From contig OZ024744.1 in assembly GCA_964016885.1 (NCBI GenBank), forward strand, positions 93,868,001 through 93,932,000: a stretch of 64,000 nucleotides of DNA, in the 5' to 3' direction. The notes under the pieces were generated by a model. The model worked only from the letters and a program-made list of their open reading frames with translations, was not told where the DNA came from and made no database searches. This document shows, one piece after another, positions 1 through 13,100 of the stretch. Within the stretch, counting starts at the first letter, position 1, and each line of letters opens with the position of its first letter. The translations under genes were made by a program, and so were the position numbers. The DNA is from Eledone cirrhosa (Eukaryota).

Positions 1-272
1 TTTTTATTTGTGTATACGTTCTGTATATGTATACGAGCGCCTCTGTATGTGTGCGTGCGTGCGTGTATATATATGTGTGTGTATGTGTGTTTTTATATCT
101 ATGTTTTAACATCTATGTTTTTTACATTCTTATTTTTACGTGCGTGCGTAAGCGGGTGAATTTACGTGAATGTGTGTGTATGTGTGTATGTGTGTATGCG
201 TATGTATGGGTGTGTATGTGTGTGTGTGTATATTATAGTCGCGTACGTACGTGTGATTAGATATACATGGGG

Positions 273-326
<54 letters not shown>

Positions 327-1126
327 GTGCCTCGTGTGTATGTATGTACGCATACATGCGCTTTTGTCTGTACGTATTTGTGTGTATAAATATTTTTAAG
401 GATATATGTTATTTATAGATATATGTGTATGTACGTGCGTCCCTATGTTTGTTTTCTTTTCTCTAGTGTTAATTGATTACTTTCTCTTTCATTTAAAAAT
501 TTTTTTCATTCTCATATATTGTTTCATTTTTATACATATATCGAGAATGACACTTCTTTTCACTAAGTGACCGCGCGTGTGTGTGTGTTTATACGCGTGC
601 TTTCATACTTGTATGTGTATTTAATACCTGTATCTAGATGCGTGTCAACTATATCATCATCTTCTCTTTCAACTCATATTATATCCGTATTTGTGGTCAC
701 ATATACACAAATATACGTGTCATCATATATGTACTTACGCACACATTTTCACCATACACATGCATTTGTACATACACACATATGTACATTTGTGAGTGTA
801 TATACATACATATATACATACCTAACTATATTTCCTTATATTTTTTGTATATTTTTCTATATGTTTTAATATATCTCTTGCATTACTTTTATTTATATAT
901 TTTTTGCATTTCTTGATGAGACTTTCCAAATATTTCACTATGTTTTATATTACCTTGTCCGACGAACGAATGAGAACGTTTTTTTCGTATTCGTCTGATT
1001 CGGGAAACCTCTGGTAATGAGGTAATTATATTGTATTGTTTATTATACATTAAATTTTGCTCTGGTACTTACATAGAGCACTCTTCACTCCTATGACTTT
1101 TTCAATTTTCAACGGAAACTTCAATA

Positions 1127-1128
<2 letters not shown>
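1..1128 (+). mobile_element. Penelope-like element 3' region/pLTR (degenerate TG/TA-rich tract ending in a hammerhead-like motif)
   Basis: Degenerate microsatellite-like tract, then an HHR-like fold at ~950-1026 and the motif 'tacatagagcactctt' (~1070-1085) shared with 7701-7728(-) and 49060-49091. Ends in (TA)n. Confidence 0.6.
950..1026 (+). ncRNA. Degenerate type I hammerhead ribozyme (core CCGACGA...GAAA)
   Basis: Stem I ttaccttgt/atgaggtaa; core CCGACGA 959-965; stem II cgaat.aga/tct.attcg; GAAA 1004-1007; stem III ACC-tct-GGT; GUA cleavage triplet. Confidence 0.6.
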
Positions 1129-1221
<93 letters not shown>

Positions 1222-1241
1222 ATATATATATATATATATAT
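1129..1241. repeat. (TA)n microsatellite between two tail-to-tail Penelope ends
   Basis: Direct reading of the sequence. Confidence 0.95.
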
Positions 1242-1391
1242 TTATTAAAATAACAGATTAAAGTTTAAGCAAATAATCGCAGCTTTCACCCTTAACGGGA
1301 TCTTCTGAAACTAAAAAAAATCAATCTGTGAACGCAGAAGTAAATATTTCGAAAAACGTTGCAACCGAAGGAAGACAGGAAGATAATACTT

Positions 1392-1676
1392 TGGTTCGTG
1401 GAGACGTTCCCTGGCAATGAACGGGAAAAAAACGAAGATAATACGTCATTATTTGGATCGGTGAGAACAATTACACACAAAGACAAAACCACGTTTATGG
1501 TATAAATGAAGTCGTGGACTAATATTCTATTTAGGTGGTTCGGGAGACGATCTCTGGCAATGAACGGAAAAAACGAAGATAATACGTCATCATGTGGTAC
1601 GGTGAGAACAATTACACACAAAGACAAAACCACGTTTATGGTATAACTGAAGTCGTAGACTAATATTCGATTTAGG
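1392..1676. repeat. Two tandem ~144-bp units in the Penelope 3' region
   Basis: tggttcg.gagacg...atttagg occurs at 1392 and again at 1536. A partial copy lies at ~63250-63280. Confidence 0.85.
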
Positions 1677-2196
1677 AAACTGGATGATTCTCGGCTTCAG
1701 AGTTAAGAATAATGTAAATAAATTACAGAGGTTATTGAAATCAACAATAACTAAATATATATATGCACGCATCCATATACGTACATAGACATGCATACGC
1801 GAAAACACCCGCCATGGGTATGCATATACAAGCACGTACACAAAAACACGCGCACACATACAAAAGCTCGCGCAACACCTGTACCCGCACGCATACGAAC
1901 GTATACACCAAATACACGTAAAAATATATATTTTTTAAAAATATATATATATATGTGTGTGTGTGTATACATATAATTATATAAACGTATATAAATATAC
2001 ACACATAAATACGTATATAACGCGCACACACTCGTACCTACAGGTAAATACACATATGTTCGCTAAACGTATGTCAACCAAAACACAAAGTACGCATATA
2101 CACACACCCTACATACGTGCAAACCCGCATACACACATACAAATGCAAAATACATGTATACACATAACCATATACACAAGTACCAGTATATATAAT

Positions 2197-2446
2197 ACTA
2201 GCAGATGTACCCGGCGTTGCTCGGGAAATGAATGACAGCCTGAATTGTTCAAGGTCGTTTATGGCTTAGCTAGCAATTTCTGAGTGCATGTCAGCTTATG
2301 TCAGTTAATTGGCTAGCCAATGAGAGGTCGCCTCAATAGCACGTGCCAAATCGGCCTAGTACTTCAAAAGTTAAAAGGAGCCTAGTATTTGTACACAGAC
2401 AGACACACACACACACAGACCGACTTGGTTTTATATATATATAGAT
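2197..2446 (+). mobile_element. Non-autonomous Helitron/Helentron-like (HINE/DINE-1-like) element nested in the Penelope 3' UTR
   Basis: ACTAGC...CCCGGCGTTGCTCGGG hairpin at one end; (CAGA/CA)n then ttttatatatatagat at the other. This layout is typical of such elements. Confidence 0.7.
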
Positions 2447-2615
2447 AATATATACACCTATAACAAATACAAGCAAATATACGTACGAGAAAGTATACAT
2501 ACCTTCACAAAACATACAGATAATATATACTTACCTCTACAAATAAGTAATGGTATAAACATAAAATATACTTAGCTACCACATCAAGGTGTAAATTATC
2601 CGCGTATTGTTCGTA

Positions 2616-4034
2616 CTATCCGTTAGGGTATAACGTGGGGCTGTAATACAGGAAAGTGTTATGCAATTTATGTTTACAAGCCGAAATTGCCTCAGATTTT
2701 TTGTTTAAGATGTGGTCATTGGCGTAGACTATTTCCAGAGCTTCAGCGGCGCAGAGGTCACATGGTCTTTTATTTCCGTTATACGATCTAGCCCTAGCTA
2801 GGATCTCCCAGTGTAACCTATATTGGGTGTGGTTGTCTTTTAGACTCCAGATATAAGCTGAAAGTGACGTCATATTCCTTATTAAAGGGTTAAGAAAAGA
2901 ATGGGTATGCATGTAAAGACGCTGCTTGAATCTATTTGCGGTTAACCCTATGCAGGCCCTATGGGACGTGGGTGTTTCAACCTTACATTTGTAGACAATG
3001 TTACTGGAGAGGTATTTCCCGAATAGGGGGCAGTCAGCCCGATTCCTACAATTACAGTTACTACTAGCTACCGGGTTGCACGTGTTCCTAAGGCTAGGTA
3101 ATTTAGGTAAATTTGAAGCAATGATGTTATGTGCAAGGTTAGGAGTCGTAGAGTAAGAAATTTTAATGGTATTTCTATTAAAAATGTTATTATATTTATG
3201 TGCTGGTGGGAAATGCTTCTTAATAAGGGAGAGAAAGATCTTAGCTAATGGTGTGGCCACCTCCATATTATATGGTGGGTTATACCATATAATTCGTCGG
3301 GATCTATTTTTCCTAGGTCTATGCTCGTACTCCGTATATGCTACCTTATCGACAAATCCACCCTGAGCAAGAGCTTCATTGTAATATGTGGAATGGTCGG
3401 TGAAAATATGCTCGTTTGTAGATAGACGGGAAAGCCTCAAAGAAACGTTTCTTACCAGGTTCTTGGTTATGCTGGTAGGATGGTTAGAATGCTTACTTGT
3501 GTAATTAAGCGTATCATTCAGCTTTCTATACGGGTAGTGCAAGCCATTCGACAAATTGAGGGTAACGTCGAGGTAATTAACGACTGAGAGGTTGGCCTCA
3601 ACCTGTATGGAGAGGTTGAAGCCTTTAAAGAAGGCTGTGAGTTCTTTTCTGAACCTGTCACAAGTGCGTGGGCCGCACTTAGTCATGGTCAAAAGACCGT
3701 CATCACGGTACAAACCACCGCCCACGTTGGGGAATTCTTCCTTGATAGAGAAAAGAAGGAAAAGGCCGATAAGATCAGTAACCGCTGCAGAATCGCTGGT
3801 GCCCATACTCACGTCGAATGGGGTACTATTAGATTTTTTAATCCAAATAGAGTCGTCGAAATTAATCACCGATTTACAGGCATTGAGGATGACATCAACT
3901 TCGAAATCTTTAACCGCCGTGAGCATTTTAGCAAAATTGATAGCTCTAAGAAGAAGTGGTAAAGTGATGGAGGAGTAGTAATTATTGATGTCGAATTGGA
4001 TAAAGCGGCAATGTTCCTTGAACCAATCAATCAC
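2616..4034 (-). CDS. Penelope (Naiad-type) reverse transcriptase + GIY-YIG endonuclease, partial and probably inactive
   Basis: QFDINNYY, SMG, LYRDDGL, NYLDVTL, IIWYNPP; linker CNCRNRADCPL; IVY...CIG (YIG mutated), FKQR, CDLC..E, CKH. Confidence 0.9.
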   Translation of the reverse strand: MIDWFKEHCRFIQFDINNYYSSITLPLLLRAINFAKMLTAVKDFEVDVILNACKSVINFDDSIWIKKSNSTPFDVSMGTSDSAAVTDLIGLFLLFSIKEEFPNVGGGLYRDDGLLTMTKCGPRTCDRFRKELTAFFKGFNLSIQVEANLSVVNYLDVTLNLSNGLHYPYRKLNDTLNYTSKHSNHPTSITKNLVRNVSLRLSRLSTNEHIFTDHSTYYNEALAQGGFVDKVAYTEYEHRPRKNRSRRIIWYNPPYNMEVATPLAKIFLSLIKKHFPPAHKYNNIFNRNTIKISYSTTPNLAHNIIASNLPKLPSLRNTCNPVASSNCNCRNRADCPLFGKYLSSNIVYKCKVETPTSHRACIGLTANRFKQRLYMHTHSFLNPLIRNMTSLSAYIWSLKDNHTQYRLHWEILARARSYNGNKRPCDLCAAEALEIVYANDHILNKKSEAISACKHKLHNTFLYYSPTLYPNG

Positions 4035-4771
4035 AGCAGTGCGAGAGGGGCCAAGCTCCTAATTTCAGGTATAATTCTATCTAAAATCCTTTTACTAAGT
4101 CTACCTAAATCGGACTTCATAGGGTTAATAAGCCAAATACAGGGGTTGTTGGGGAAATTGGATTTGTGATCCTTCAGGGTAAAGTGGTGAGAAATAGGGT
4201 CCAGAGGTTCAGTCCGGTCCAGGATGTTGAGATCAGAGGTGATTTTAAACCCAGCATCGTTGATGTCATTAATGACACTCCAATTAGTTTTATGGCAATC
4301 CGTAGTTACAGCATTATGTAGCAGTTGATGGTAAGTACTGCGCTACACTTGATATAGATTGCCAGTTTTGTCAGAGTGGTCGTGCATGACATTAGAATCC
4401 TTAATAGAATGAATTCTATTCTTCAGGTCCTGCTGGGAGGAATTGCTCCTATTCCGAAATTTGATACTCCGTATGAGTTCCACACATCATTTTCGAAGGG
4501 TAGCAATGCTGGGTTACCCGAGTAACCCAGGGTTATTGTAGGTTTTAAACCCAAATTTATCCTGCTTGTTGTCCGCTTTTTCCTGATTATCGAAATAAAA
4601 GGCACACCAACGCAACCTTTTAATGAACGAGTCTGTTTACTGTATCAGGAGGTTTAGGTATGACTTCCTGCTTGGTACGGGTATGTTCTTTGTAGAAACC
4701 TTATTTGAATATGGCAAAGCCGGCCATTGATCGTTCGTATACAGGAAACTGTATTTGCACTGAAAATGAGG

Positions 4772-5002
4772 TTAACCCTTTAGCAATTAAACTGGCCATA
4801 ACCGGCCAGAATTTGTTCACCTCTTTCTGTTGAAACCAGCTGTAACTGGCCACTCATACTTATGTTAAGGTATTGTTCTCAAAATAAATAATATCAGAAT
4901 CTCATAGATTCGATATTATGTGAGATAATTATGTGAGATAAAGTGTTTTCCATGAAAATACACTAGTAAATATAGAGTAACATGTAAATGCTAAAGGGTT
5001 AA
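4772..5002. mobile_element. piggyBac-like MITE (TTAA-CCCTTTAG ... CTAAAGGG-TTAA)
   Basis: TIRs bounded by TTAA. Related copies at ~23571-23786, 33178-33464, 38733-38940 (partial), 44362-44581 and 61439-61876. Confidence 0.85.
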
Positions 5003-5316
5003 AAGATAGCAACAGCTGAGAGTTAAAACTAGTTTAAAAACTCAGTGCAGAAGTAGTTTATTTCCAATCTTATAGTGCTTCTAAATACATTAATGAGTAT
5101 TTTATCTGAAAAGAAATCATCTGAAGAACATATATCTTTTTTTATTCCAAAATTTTACCAAGTCTCTATCATAACATCATAGCAAAAACATATAAACCAT
5201 TAAAATGTATTGATCTTTATTTTAATTGCTCTGTCTCGTTAACGAAAGTTTGAAAAATAATCATAAAACAAGATCACTCAGTAACAAAATAAAATAATAA
5301 ACAAAAATAATTCCTA

Positions 5317-5525
5317 GGACCACCACCACTGCCGGCACCATCACCATCACTACTACCACTGCCACCACCACTGCCACAAACACTACCAGGACCACCACTA
5401 CCACCACCACTGCTACCACCATTGCCACCACTACTGCAACCACCACCACCACTGTCACTAGTACCACTGCCACCATCACAACCACTACTACCACTACCAC
5501 CAACACCACCACCACCACCTCCTCC
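5317..5525. repeat. (ACC)n degenerate microsatellite
   Basis: Direct reading; explains the poly-Val ORF. Confidence 0.95.
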
Positions 5526-5917
5526 TTTCCATAAAAATTCAAGAACCTGGACAAAGGGTAAAAGAGAAATCAGATAAATTTGTCAACAGACAAGATGTAA
5601 ATATGAAAGAGAGCAAAAAAAAAAAAGAAAGAAAGAAAAAAAAAAAGATAAAATAATTGTTTGGTAACAGATGTCATTAATGCTGAAAGATGAGTCTTTT
5701 TTTCAACAAGTAATAGATCCTTTCAAAATAAATAAAAGACTTTCACTGATAAAAAAAAATTAATTAAGTTTCAAGTTTTGAAAGTTTTCCAACATGTAGA
5801 TGATACTTATTATACAGAAAACAGAAGCCAGAAGCCATTAATAAATTATTTCTATCACTTTCTTTCATTAGGAAGTAATTTTAGATGGAACTGGCAAAGC
5901 AAATTATTAAAGTCATT

Positions 5918-6502
5918 AGGAGATCAGATTAGCATGGGAGCGGGGGTGTTCCGAGGCCATAGTATCTAGAATAAGGACGGGTTGGAAGAAGTTTAGGGAG
6001 CTGCTTCCTCTGCTGACAAAGAAGAGTTTCTCCCTGCATACGAAAGGCCAGTTATATGATGCCTGTATGAGGAGCGCAATGCTGCATGGTAGTGAGACAT
6101 GGGCGGCAACTACAGAGGATATGCGATGGCTGGAGAGAAATGAGGCAAGCATGCTCCATTGGATGTACAATATCAATGTGCGTGAACGACCCAGCATGAG
6201 TGTGTTGAGAGAGAAACTGTAGTGTGCGAGAGAGGAGACTGAGGTGTTATGGACATGTGATGTGCATGGAGGATGACTGATGGGTGAAGAAGTGCCAGGA
6301 AATGCCAGTTGAAGGAAGACGTGGTAGAGGTAGACCACAAAAAACATGGGCGGAGGTGGTGAGAACAGACCTCAGATTGCTGAAGCTCATGGTGGAGATG
6401 ACAAAGGACCGTGACAAGTGGAGAGATGCTGTGCTGAATAAGACCCGTCCCACCCTTGCAAGCAGGGAAAAGCGGACGTAAAATGATGATGATGATGATG
6501 AT
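5918..6502 (+). mobile_element. RTE-clade LINE 3' fragment with (GAT)n tail
   Basis: Frames read MLHGSETW, GHVM, GRRGRGRPQKTW. Tail cccgtcccacccttgcaagcagggaaaagcggacgtaaaa(tga)n; the same tail is at 16693-16788. Confidence 0.9.
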
Positions 6503-6611
6503 TAAGGGGGAAAAAAATAATAAAAATAAATAAATAAATAATTGAATGCAAGGTGGTTTCCACTAGTAAAAAAAAAATTTATAAAATAGTCAATAAAATA
6601 GTCAATAAAAT

Positions 6612-7167
6612 TTAACCCTTTAGTTACTAATCTGGCTAAAATCAGGTCTGGTTCTACGAAATATAACCACCTATTTTAAAGGGTTCTAATTTAAATTAAA
6701 ATTAAAATCTTCCAATATAATTTTATATAAGAACCTTACATCTTACTATCTTTGTTACAAATCCAGGCAAAACCAGCTATGGTTCTATGAATTAAAACCA
6801 CTCGTTTTAAAGGTTTCCAATTTAAATTAAAATCTTCCAACATATAAGAACCTTGGATTAAGTTACTTTCTTAGTAATGAAATAATTTACAATTGTGATG
6901 ATATGATTTGTTTTATAGCATCACTTTCTTCTCTTTGATTTGATTCCTTTTTATTCTTATTCATTGTATTTGTTCTGTTCTTGTTTGTTGTATTGTTAAC
7001 CCATGCTAATTTCTTCTCTTATTGACTCTTTCTATATTATTCTTAGATTGAATAAAAACCTTTGATTTGGTACAAAATAATAAAACAATTTTAGTAAATC
7101 ATTCAAAATTTTTCATTAATTAAAATAGCAAGTATTTTATTAGAAATGCCATCATGAAAGGGTTAAA
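6612..7167. mobile_element. piggyBac-like MITE, second family (TTAACCCTTT...AAAGGGTTAA)
   Basis: Terminal TTAA-CCCTTT inverted repeats. Fragments repeated at ~23935-24210 and 27858-28175. Confidence 0.65.
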
Positions 7168-7700
7168 GAAATTGAATAAATTTGGTACCATGACAAGCAA
7201 GGAAATTTAATGTTTTGAGCTAGGAAACTTTGTCAAAGAAAAAAGGAAGTGTTTTGGGATATTTTGAACAACGTGGTGAAAAGAATGAAGATGAAATATA
7301 GAGGCGAGTTAAAAGAATATAAAATAATGTGTGTGTGTGCATATTTGTATGTGAGTATATTTGTGTGTGAGTATGTTTTTGTGTGTGTGTGTGTGCATAT
7401 CATCATCATCATCATTTTATATCTGCTGTTCAATTCTTGCATATATATATATATATATTCATTTTATTGAAGTTAAATAGTAAATCTTGTTACTCTTTAG
7501 TTTCGCCTGTTTATCACAGGGTCATCAGACAAGAATTTGTTGACCCTGTGATAAATAGGCAAAACTCCAGAGTATTAAACTCACTAATTAGCCTTAATAA
7601 AATGAATATTAAAACTCTATTTTGATATTGAGTACTGCTTTCTCGCCGATATATATATATACATATATATAAATATATACATGTGTTACATAATTCCAAA

Positions 7701-7900
7701 GGAAAAAAGAGTGCTCTATGTATAGAGCTATTTAATTAGAAAGTGAACAACACAAAATATAACTACGTCTGGATCGGTCGTCAGATAGAGATGTTATAGA
7801 TAAAAGATCCGATCCAGACGTTTATATTATTATCGTCTGTGATCCAGAAACCTTTGGTAATGGAGTAGTTATATTTTGTGTTGTTCACTCTCTAATTAAA
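7701..7900. mobile_element. Inverted pair of Penelope pLTR fragments carrying split hammerhead halves
   Basis: Outer IR 7731-7766/7865-7900; inner IR 7765-7777/7809-7821; CTGACGA on - (7778-7784); GAAACC-TTT-GGTA on + (7847-7859). Confidence 0.7.
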
Positions 7901-8109
7901 TATATATATATATATATAAATTATTACCATCATCTGTTTAACATATATTTTTCCTAATTTGCATGGGTTGGATGAGTCTTTTCCACCATAGCCTCCCTCC
8001 ACTTTTTGTATTCCTTTGTCATCTCCTCTGTGTATTTCAGTGTCTTAAGATCTGCTTTCACCAATTCCACCCAGGTCTTCCTTAGTCTTTCTCTACTGCA
8101 ATTTCCTGA

Positions 8110-9330
8110 GTTTAAAAATGACAATACCTTTTTCTATGACATCAAGTTTTCTAATGGCCAACAGAGAGGGTATATAAAATATCTGTGTTTCCTGTTTTAT
8201 GGCAGAGCCAAGCAAAAGACAAACATGAAAACCTGATGTGTTAGAAAAAAATGGATGCCATATTTGAAATCAACACCTCAAAATTTGCTAAAAACAAAAT
8301 CTAAGTCAGCAAAAAGTGTATTGACCAGTGTATTTGATATACCTTCTTTGTTGACCAAGTAAAAAGCTAACCATTTTCAGATCCACACATATGTCCCATT
8401 TGTGTTCATTATACTTGAATGAATCTAATACAGTTTTTAAGTTTTCATGTGCACAGAGTGACCAATAGGAATAGCACCTAACAAGTTTCTATTATGGAGT
8501 AATACACATTTTAAACTCTTCTTTGAACCATCTATAAAGAGTCTCCATTCATGAGGATGATACTGTAGCACACCCATTGCTTTTAACTATCCTGCCACGT
8601 CACAACAATAAACAAAATCTTTTTCAATTTTAAAGAATGCCAAGAGATATTTTTCCCTGTTATGATAGAAAGTTACATTTGTTTCTTTCTGTAGTGTATT
8701 CTTCTCTTTAAGTCTAGAAGCTAACAATTCTGATAACTCTTTTGACAGGCCTAAGTCTTTAACTAAATCATTCAGTTCTGCCTGGTTGAAGTTTTCATGT
8801 TTCTTGGTTGCTGTATCTACAAAGTCTGTATCACTGTTATGTTCATGATTTTCATCTGATACACATATATCACTATCATCTTCCAGTGAAGGTAATTCTG
8901 TGTAAACAGGTACTGGTACTTCATCTGATTGAAGCATGGGACGAATTACTGAATTCAAATTTGGGTAACTTATTTTTTGTTGAGTTTTCTTGCTATAACC
9001 AGAAGTCTTTGTGAGACAAAAGTAGCAATCTTCTGCATGGTTCTTTGGCTCCCGCCATATCATAGGAATGCCAAATGGTAGTTGATTCCTTGTGCCCTTT
9101 GTCCATTGGTGTAGATTTTTGACACATGATTTATATACATTGTGCAGGGCCCACAATTTATGCTGAAGTCAAGTTTAAACTTAAAATAAGCCAAGTATAC
9201 TCTTTTCACACATTCACTAATGTTCATTCTTTGACTTAGTACTGTAAAACTACTCTATATATAGCAAAAAGAGTCAGGGGAATGCAAACATTTTCTTCAT
9301 AATGAAGTCATGCTACTGGACACCTGTGTT
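8110..9330 (-). mobile_element. Degraded cut-and-paste DNA transposon (PMxWREP..H..DCYFC transposase family, possibly TcMar-m44-like)
   Basis: ORF 8587-9156: PFGIPMIWREPKNHAEDCYFC...YPNLNSVIRP...FNQAELNDLVKDLGLSKELSELLASRLKEKN. Terminal segments ending 'gaccagtgta' at 8332 are repeated at ~9800-10070. Superfamily assignment is tentative. Confidence 0.75.
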
Positions 9331-10175
9331 ATTTCTTACAATCAATCTGAAACGAGGCAAAATAATTATTAGATATAATATATTAATTGTTTCTACATTT
9401 GGCACAAGGCCAGCAATTACCCAGTGCATTACTGGTACTTTATTTTATCGACCCCGTAAGGATGAAAAGCAAAGTTAACCTCGGCGGGATTATTAGATAT
9501 AATATATTAATATATCTAGATAAGAAGATGTCTAAATAAAATAGAATCATCATCATCATCATCATCATCATCCTCGTTTAACGCCCATCTTCCACGCTAG
9601 CATGGGTTAGATGGGAGTTGTCCCACTTGAGGCAAGGTTGGTCGGGTGACTGTGTCTCGCTCATATAGGACTATCTGGCAGGTTTTCTAAGGCTGGATGC
9701 CCTTCCTAACACCAACCACATTTACAAATTATTGCCTATGATATCTCTTGTAGCTATGGGTGGGGCCAATATGGACTAGTCCATAGATAAAAAAACTTGA
9801 CGTGATAGAAAAAAAGTATTGTCATTTTAAAACACAGCAGCCCCAAATTATTCAAGAACAGGTCCCAAACTTAGGTCAGCAGAAAAAAGCTAAATGTTGT
9901 TGACCAGTGATCTCCATGTTTCCTTTGTTTATGGGATAGCCGAGCGAAAGACAAACATGAAAACCTGATGTGTTAGGAGAAAATGGATGCCATATTTGAA
10001 CTCAGCACCTTAAACTTAGCTAAAAACAACAACAAAACCTAAGTCAGAAAAAAGTGTGTTGACAAGTGTAATCTATATGCGTCACGTGTCCATACCAGTA
10101 CAGTCTTCTCTCTTACACACTACATTTGATCTCTCTTATACCTAGCTTCCTTCCACTGGTTGGGATTGCGTAAGT

Positions 10176-13100
10176 TTATGGCTTCCCAACCAAATCTTCA
10201 ACAACAAGTGCCAACCTCTTCACTAACACCTTGATTAAAATCTTAAATTCTTTGTTGAGAAGAGTTAAGGGCATGAAGTTATCTAATGTGTCCCTCTTGT
10301 TCTGGTCTTTCTTTATCAGCGTGACTACGCCCCGGTTCACAGAACTCCTGTTCTGCTGACAGCTGCAGTAGAGCGCTTCGAGGAGATTGGAGAACAAGTC
10401 TGGCATATTTACGTAAAGCTTGTAGGGCAAACCATCCAAACCAGGTGATTTGCACCTCGTGCAGCTGACAAGGGCATCCTGAATTTTGGCTGAAGTTATC
10501 AACCTTTCGCAGTGATCAGCATCAGCCGTCGAGAGTTACGGCAAGCCATCGAGGTAGGGACTGAAGTCGACTACCATCTCTGACCCCCTCCACCCCCCAC
10601 CCCCCTGAACAACTGAGCAAAGTGCTGGGGGAAGGCTTCACACATACGCCTGGAATTGCTCAGTTTGTGTCCGTCTCGGTCTGTCAAAGATCGAATTGTG
10701 GTTTTATTACCATGCTGCACCTCTGCCACATGGGCCCATCGAACAGCTTTGGTTCCCTCGTTTCTCAGCACACGCGCCTTAGATCTGACAATGCAACCTT
10801 CGTGTTTCACATTGAAGAAATGGTCTAATGCCATTCTCGCTGCTAGCACGTCAGTTGCAATGCCACTACAACTTATCTACCAGCCCCCACACCTTTCTAT
10901 TTTTCTCTAACGCTAGTACTTTGCTGAACTCTATCGAAGTTATTCTAATCTCTCTTTTGAGAGCCCCTCACCATCTGTTGTTGATGATCCCCCTGTCAAC
11001 TTTTGCTTAGCTAAATTGTTGACCCAGTCCCTGTAAGCCTTACATGTCAGAAATGATGTGTTCAGCTTCCAGTAACCAGGTCCTAACCTTCGTGTCTTAA
11101 CTAGGTTGACCATACAGATCACAAACTTGCGACCTGAATAGGCGACCGTTTTAAAACATGGACAGCCTGCACTATTTCTGTCTATTTTCCTAATGAATAT
11201 CCTGTCTATATACGATCTAGATGACCCTATGCGGTTGGTCCAGGTCCACACTGGAGCATTAGATAAATCTAGTCGGTACCTGTCAGACAGTTGGAACTGG
11301 TTGATCAGGTACTTGAGGCTTTTGCACCCCCTGTTCCTATCGGATACTCCCATACAGTCCCAGCATGCATCTAAGATGCCGTTCCAGTCTCCCGCTAACA
11401 GTAAAGGGTGAGAAATACCCAGAAAGGTTTCCAGGCGTCTAAAGAAATCTGGCCGTCCTGCCCCGTTAGGGGTGTAGACAGCCACCATTCTAAAGGCACC
11501 ACCTTCTCTATTGTTCACATCCAGGACCACCAACTTATCAACCGGGTCTCAGAAGATCGACTTTACCACAAGAGCCAGGCCTTTCCTAAACAGCACTGCC
11601 ACCCCACCTCTCATTCCCAGCCAACTAACAGGTGCGAAGATCTGATAGTCATTGAAAATGGGGGGTATGTGCATGTATCAGAAATCCTGGTCTCGCTGAC
11701 AGCAATTACATCCATTTTTAGAGAGCTGAGGTCATTGAGCAGGTGACCCTGCTTCCAGGGCGACCCCAGATCTTGACAGTTAAACTTCCTTCTCTTAATA
11801 TGGCCATGTTGGCAGGTTAAAAGAGAGAGGAAAGGTTTACTTACCTCCCGGGCTCTTGTGAAGGTCGGTTGGTTCAACCTCCATAGTTGGTGGGGCTTCT
11901 TTTGGGAACCCCTTTAAAAGTCTGGATGTGGGTTATATGTTCGGGGTTCCCACATCCCGATGTAGGAATCGAGTGACATTCGCAGCAGAAACAAATCTTC
12001 TGGCATGAGAAATATGTTCGATTTAAAAATCTCCCCACCCTGTTTGGATTTCTTTACTTCATGCTAGGAGAGCCATCAGTTTCTTGTTGGCCCTTTTGAC
12101 AAGCACAAAGTTTTGTATGTTTTGTTGGTGTGGTTTTATTTGTTTACGTGACTGTGGTGGTGATGGTTTTGTTGATGTTGTTTCGGTTGTGTCAGTGTTT
12201 GTTGTGAGTGCAGTGTCTGTGGTTTCAGATGTTTGTGTGTATATTTGTTCTTGCATCTGTTTAGGTTGCTTGCGTTTGAGGGATACTTGGTGGTGTTGAT
12301 GTTGGTGGTGTTGGAGAGATGTTTGCATCGGTGGTGTCTGCATTTTTTGTTGTGAGTGTTTTTGTACTTTGTGGAGTTTTTTTCTTTGTGTGTTTTCTTT
12401 TTTCTTTTTGGGGGGATTTTGGTTTTCCCTCATCTTCACAACTGGAAGATGAGGGGTCTGTGGCTGTAAGTATGTCTGTGTCTGTGTGTCATCATCATTT
12501 CATTTTACGTCCGCTTTTCCCTGCTTGCAAGGGTGGGACGGGAACTGATTCTGGCTTGATTTCTACAGCTGGATGCCCTTCCTAACACCAACCTCATTTA
12601 CAGTGAGTGCTGGGTGCTTTTTTGCCGTGGCACTTCCACGACCACTTTGCAGTGGAATGATAGGGACCCCAGTCCCTATCATATCATTTCTACAGCTGAG
12701 TAAACTGGAGCAATGTGAAATAAAGTGTCTTGCTCAAGGAAACAACACATCACCCGGTCTGAGAATTGAACTCACAACCTTTCGATTGCAAGGCCAATGC
12801 TCTAACCACTAAGCCATGTGCCTCCATGTGTATTTATATTTTTATTCCTGTGTGTATTTTGGGGGGAAGGGGGAATTGGACAGCTTTCCTCATTTCCCTC
12901 CTGAGTGGCCAATGTTGGTGGCAGCGCTTCCATTGGTTTTGCCAGTGCTTGTGTTGGTGGTGGTGCTCGTCCCGGTGTCAGCAGCAGTAGAGCCTTTCAA
13001 CTCCTTGCCCCTTCCAGCAGTTGAGGGCAGAAGGCTCGCAAATGGATTGTTTCTTCACAAACGATACAATGTAGCCTTTTGCCTTCAGTCATTATATGTC

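Larger units (their letters stand above)
1245..4700 (-). mobile_element. Penelope-like retroelement, Naiad-type, 5'-degraded
   Basis: RT + GIY-YIG ORF. Upstream frameshifted part reads DKTGNLY...TLKDHKSNFPNNP..LINPMKSDLGRLSKRILD (4070-4375). Microsatellite-rich 3' region. Boundaries approximate. Confidence 0.85.

Noticed and set aside
2616-4034. Selenoprotein-type Naiad
   Set aside because: No in-frame TGA at Cys positions in the open frame and no convincing SECIS.
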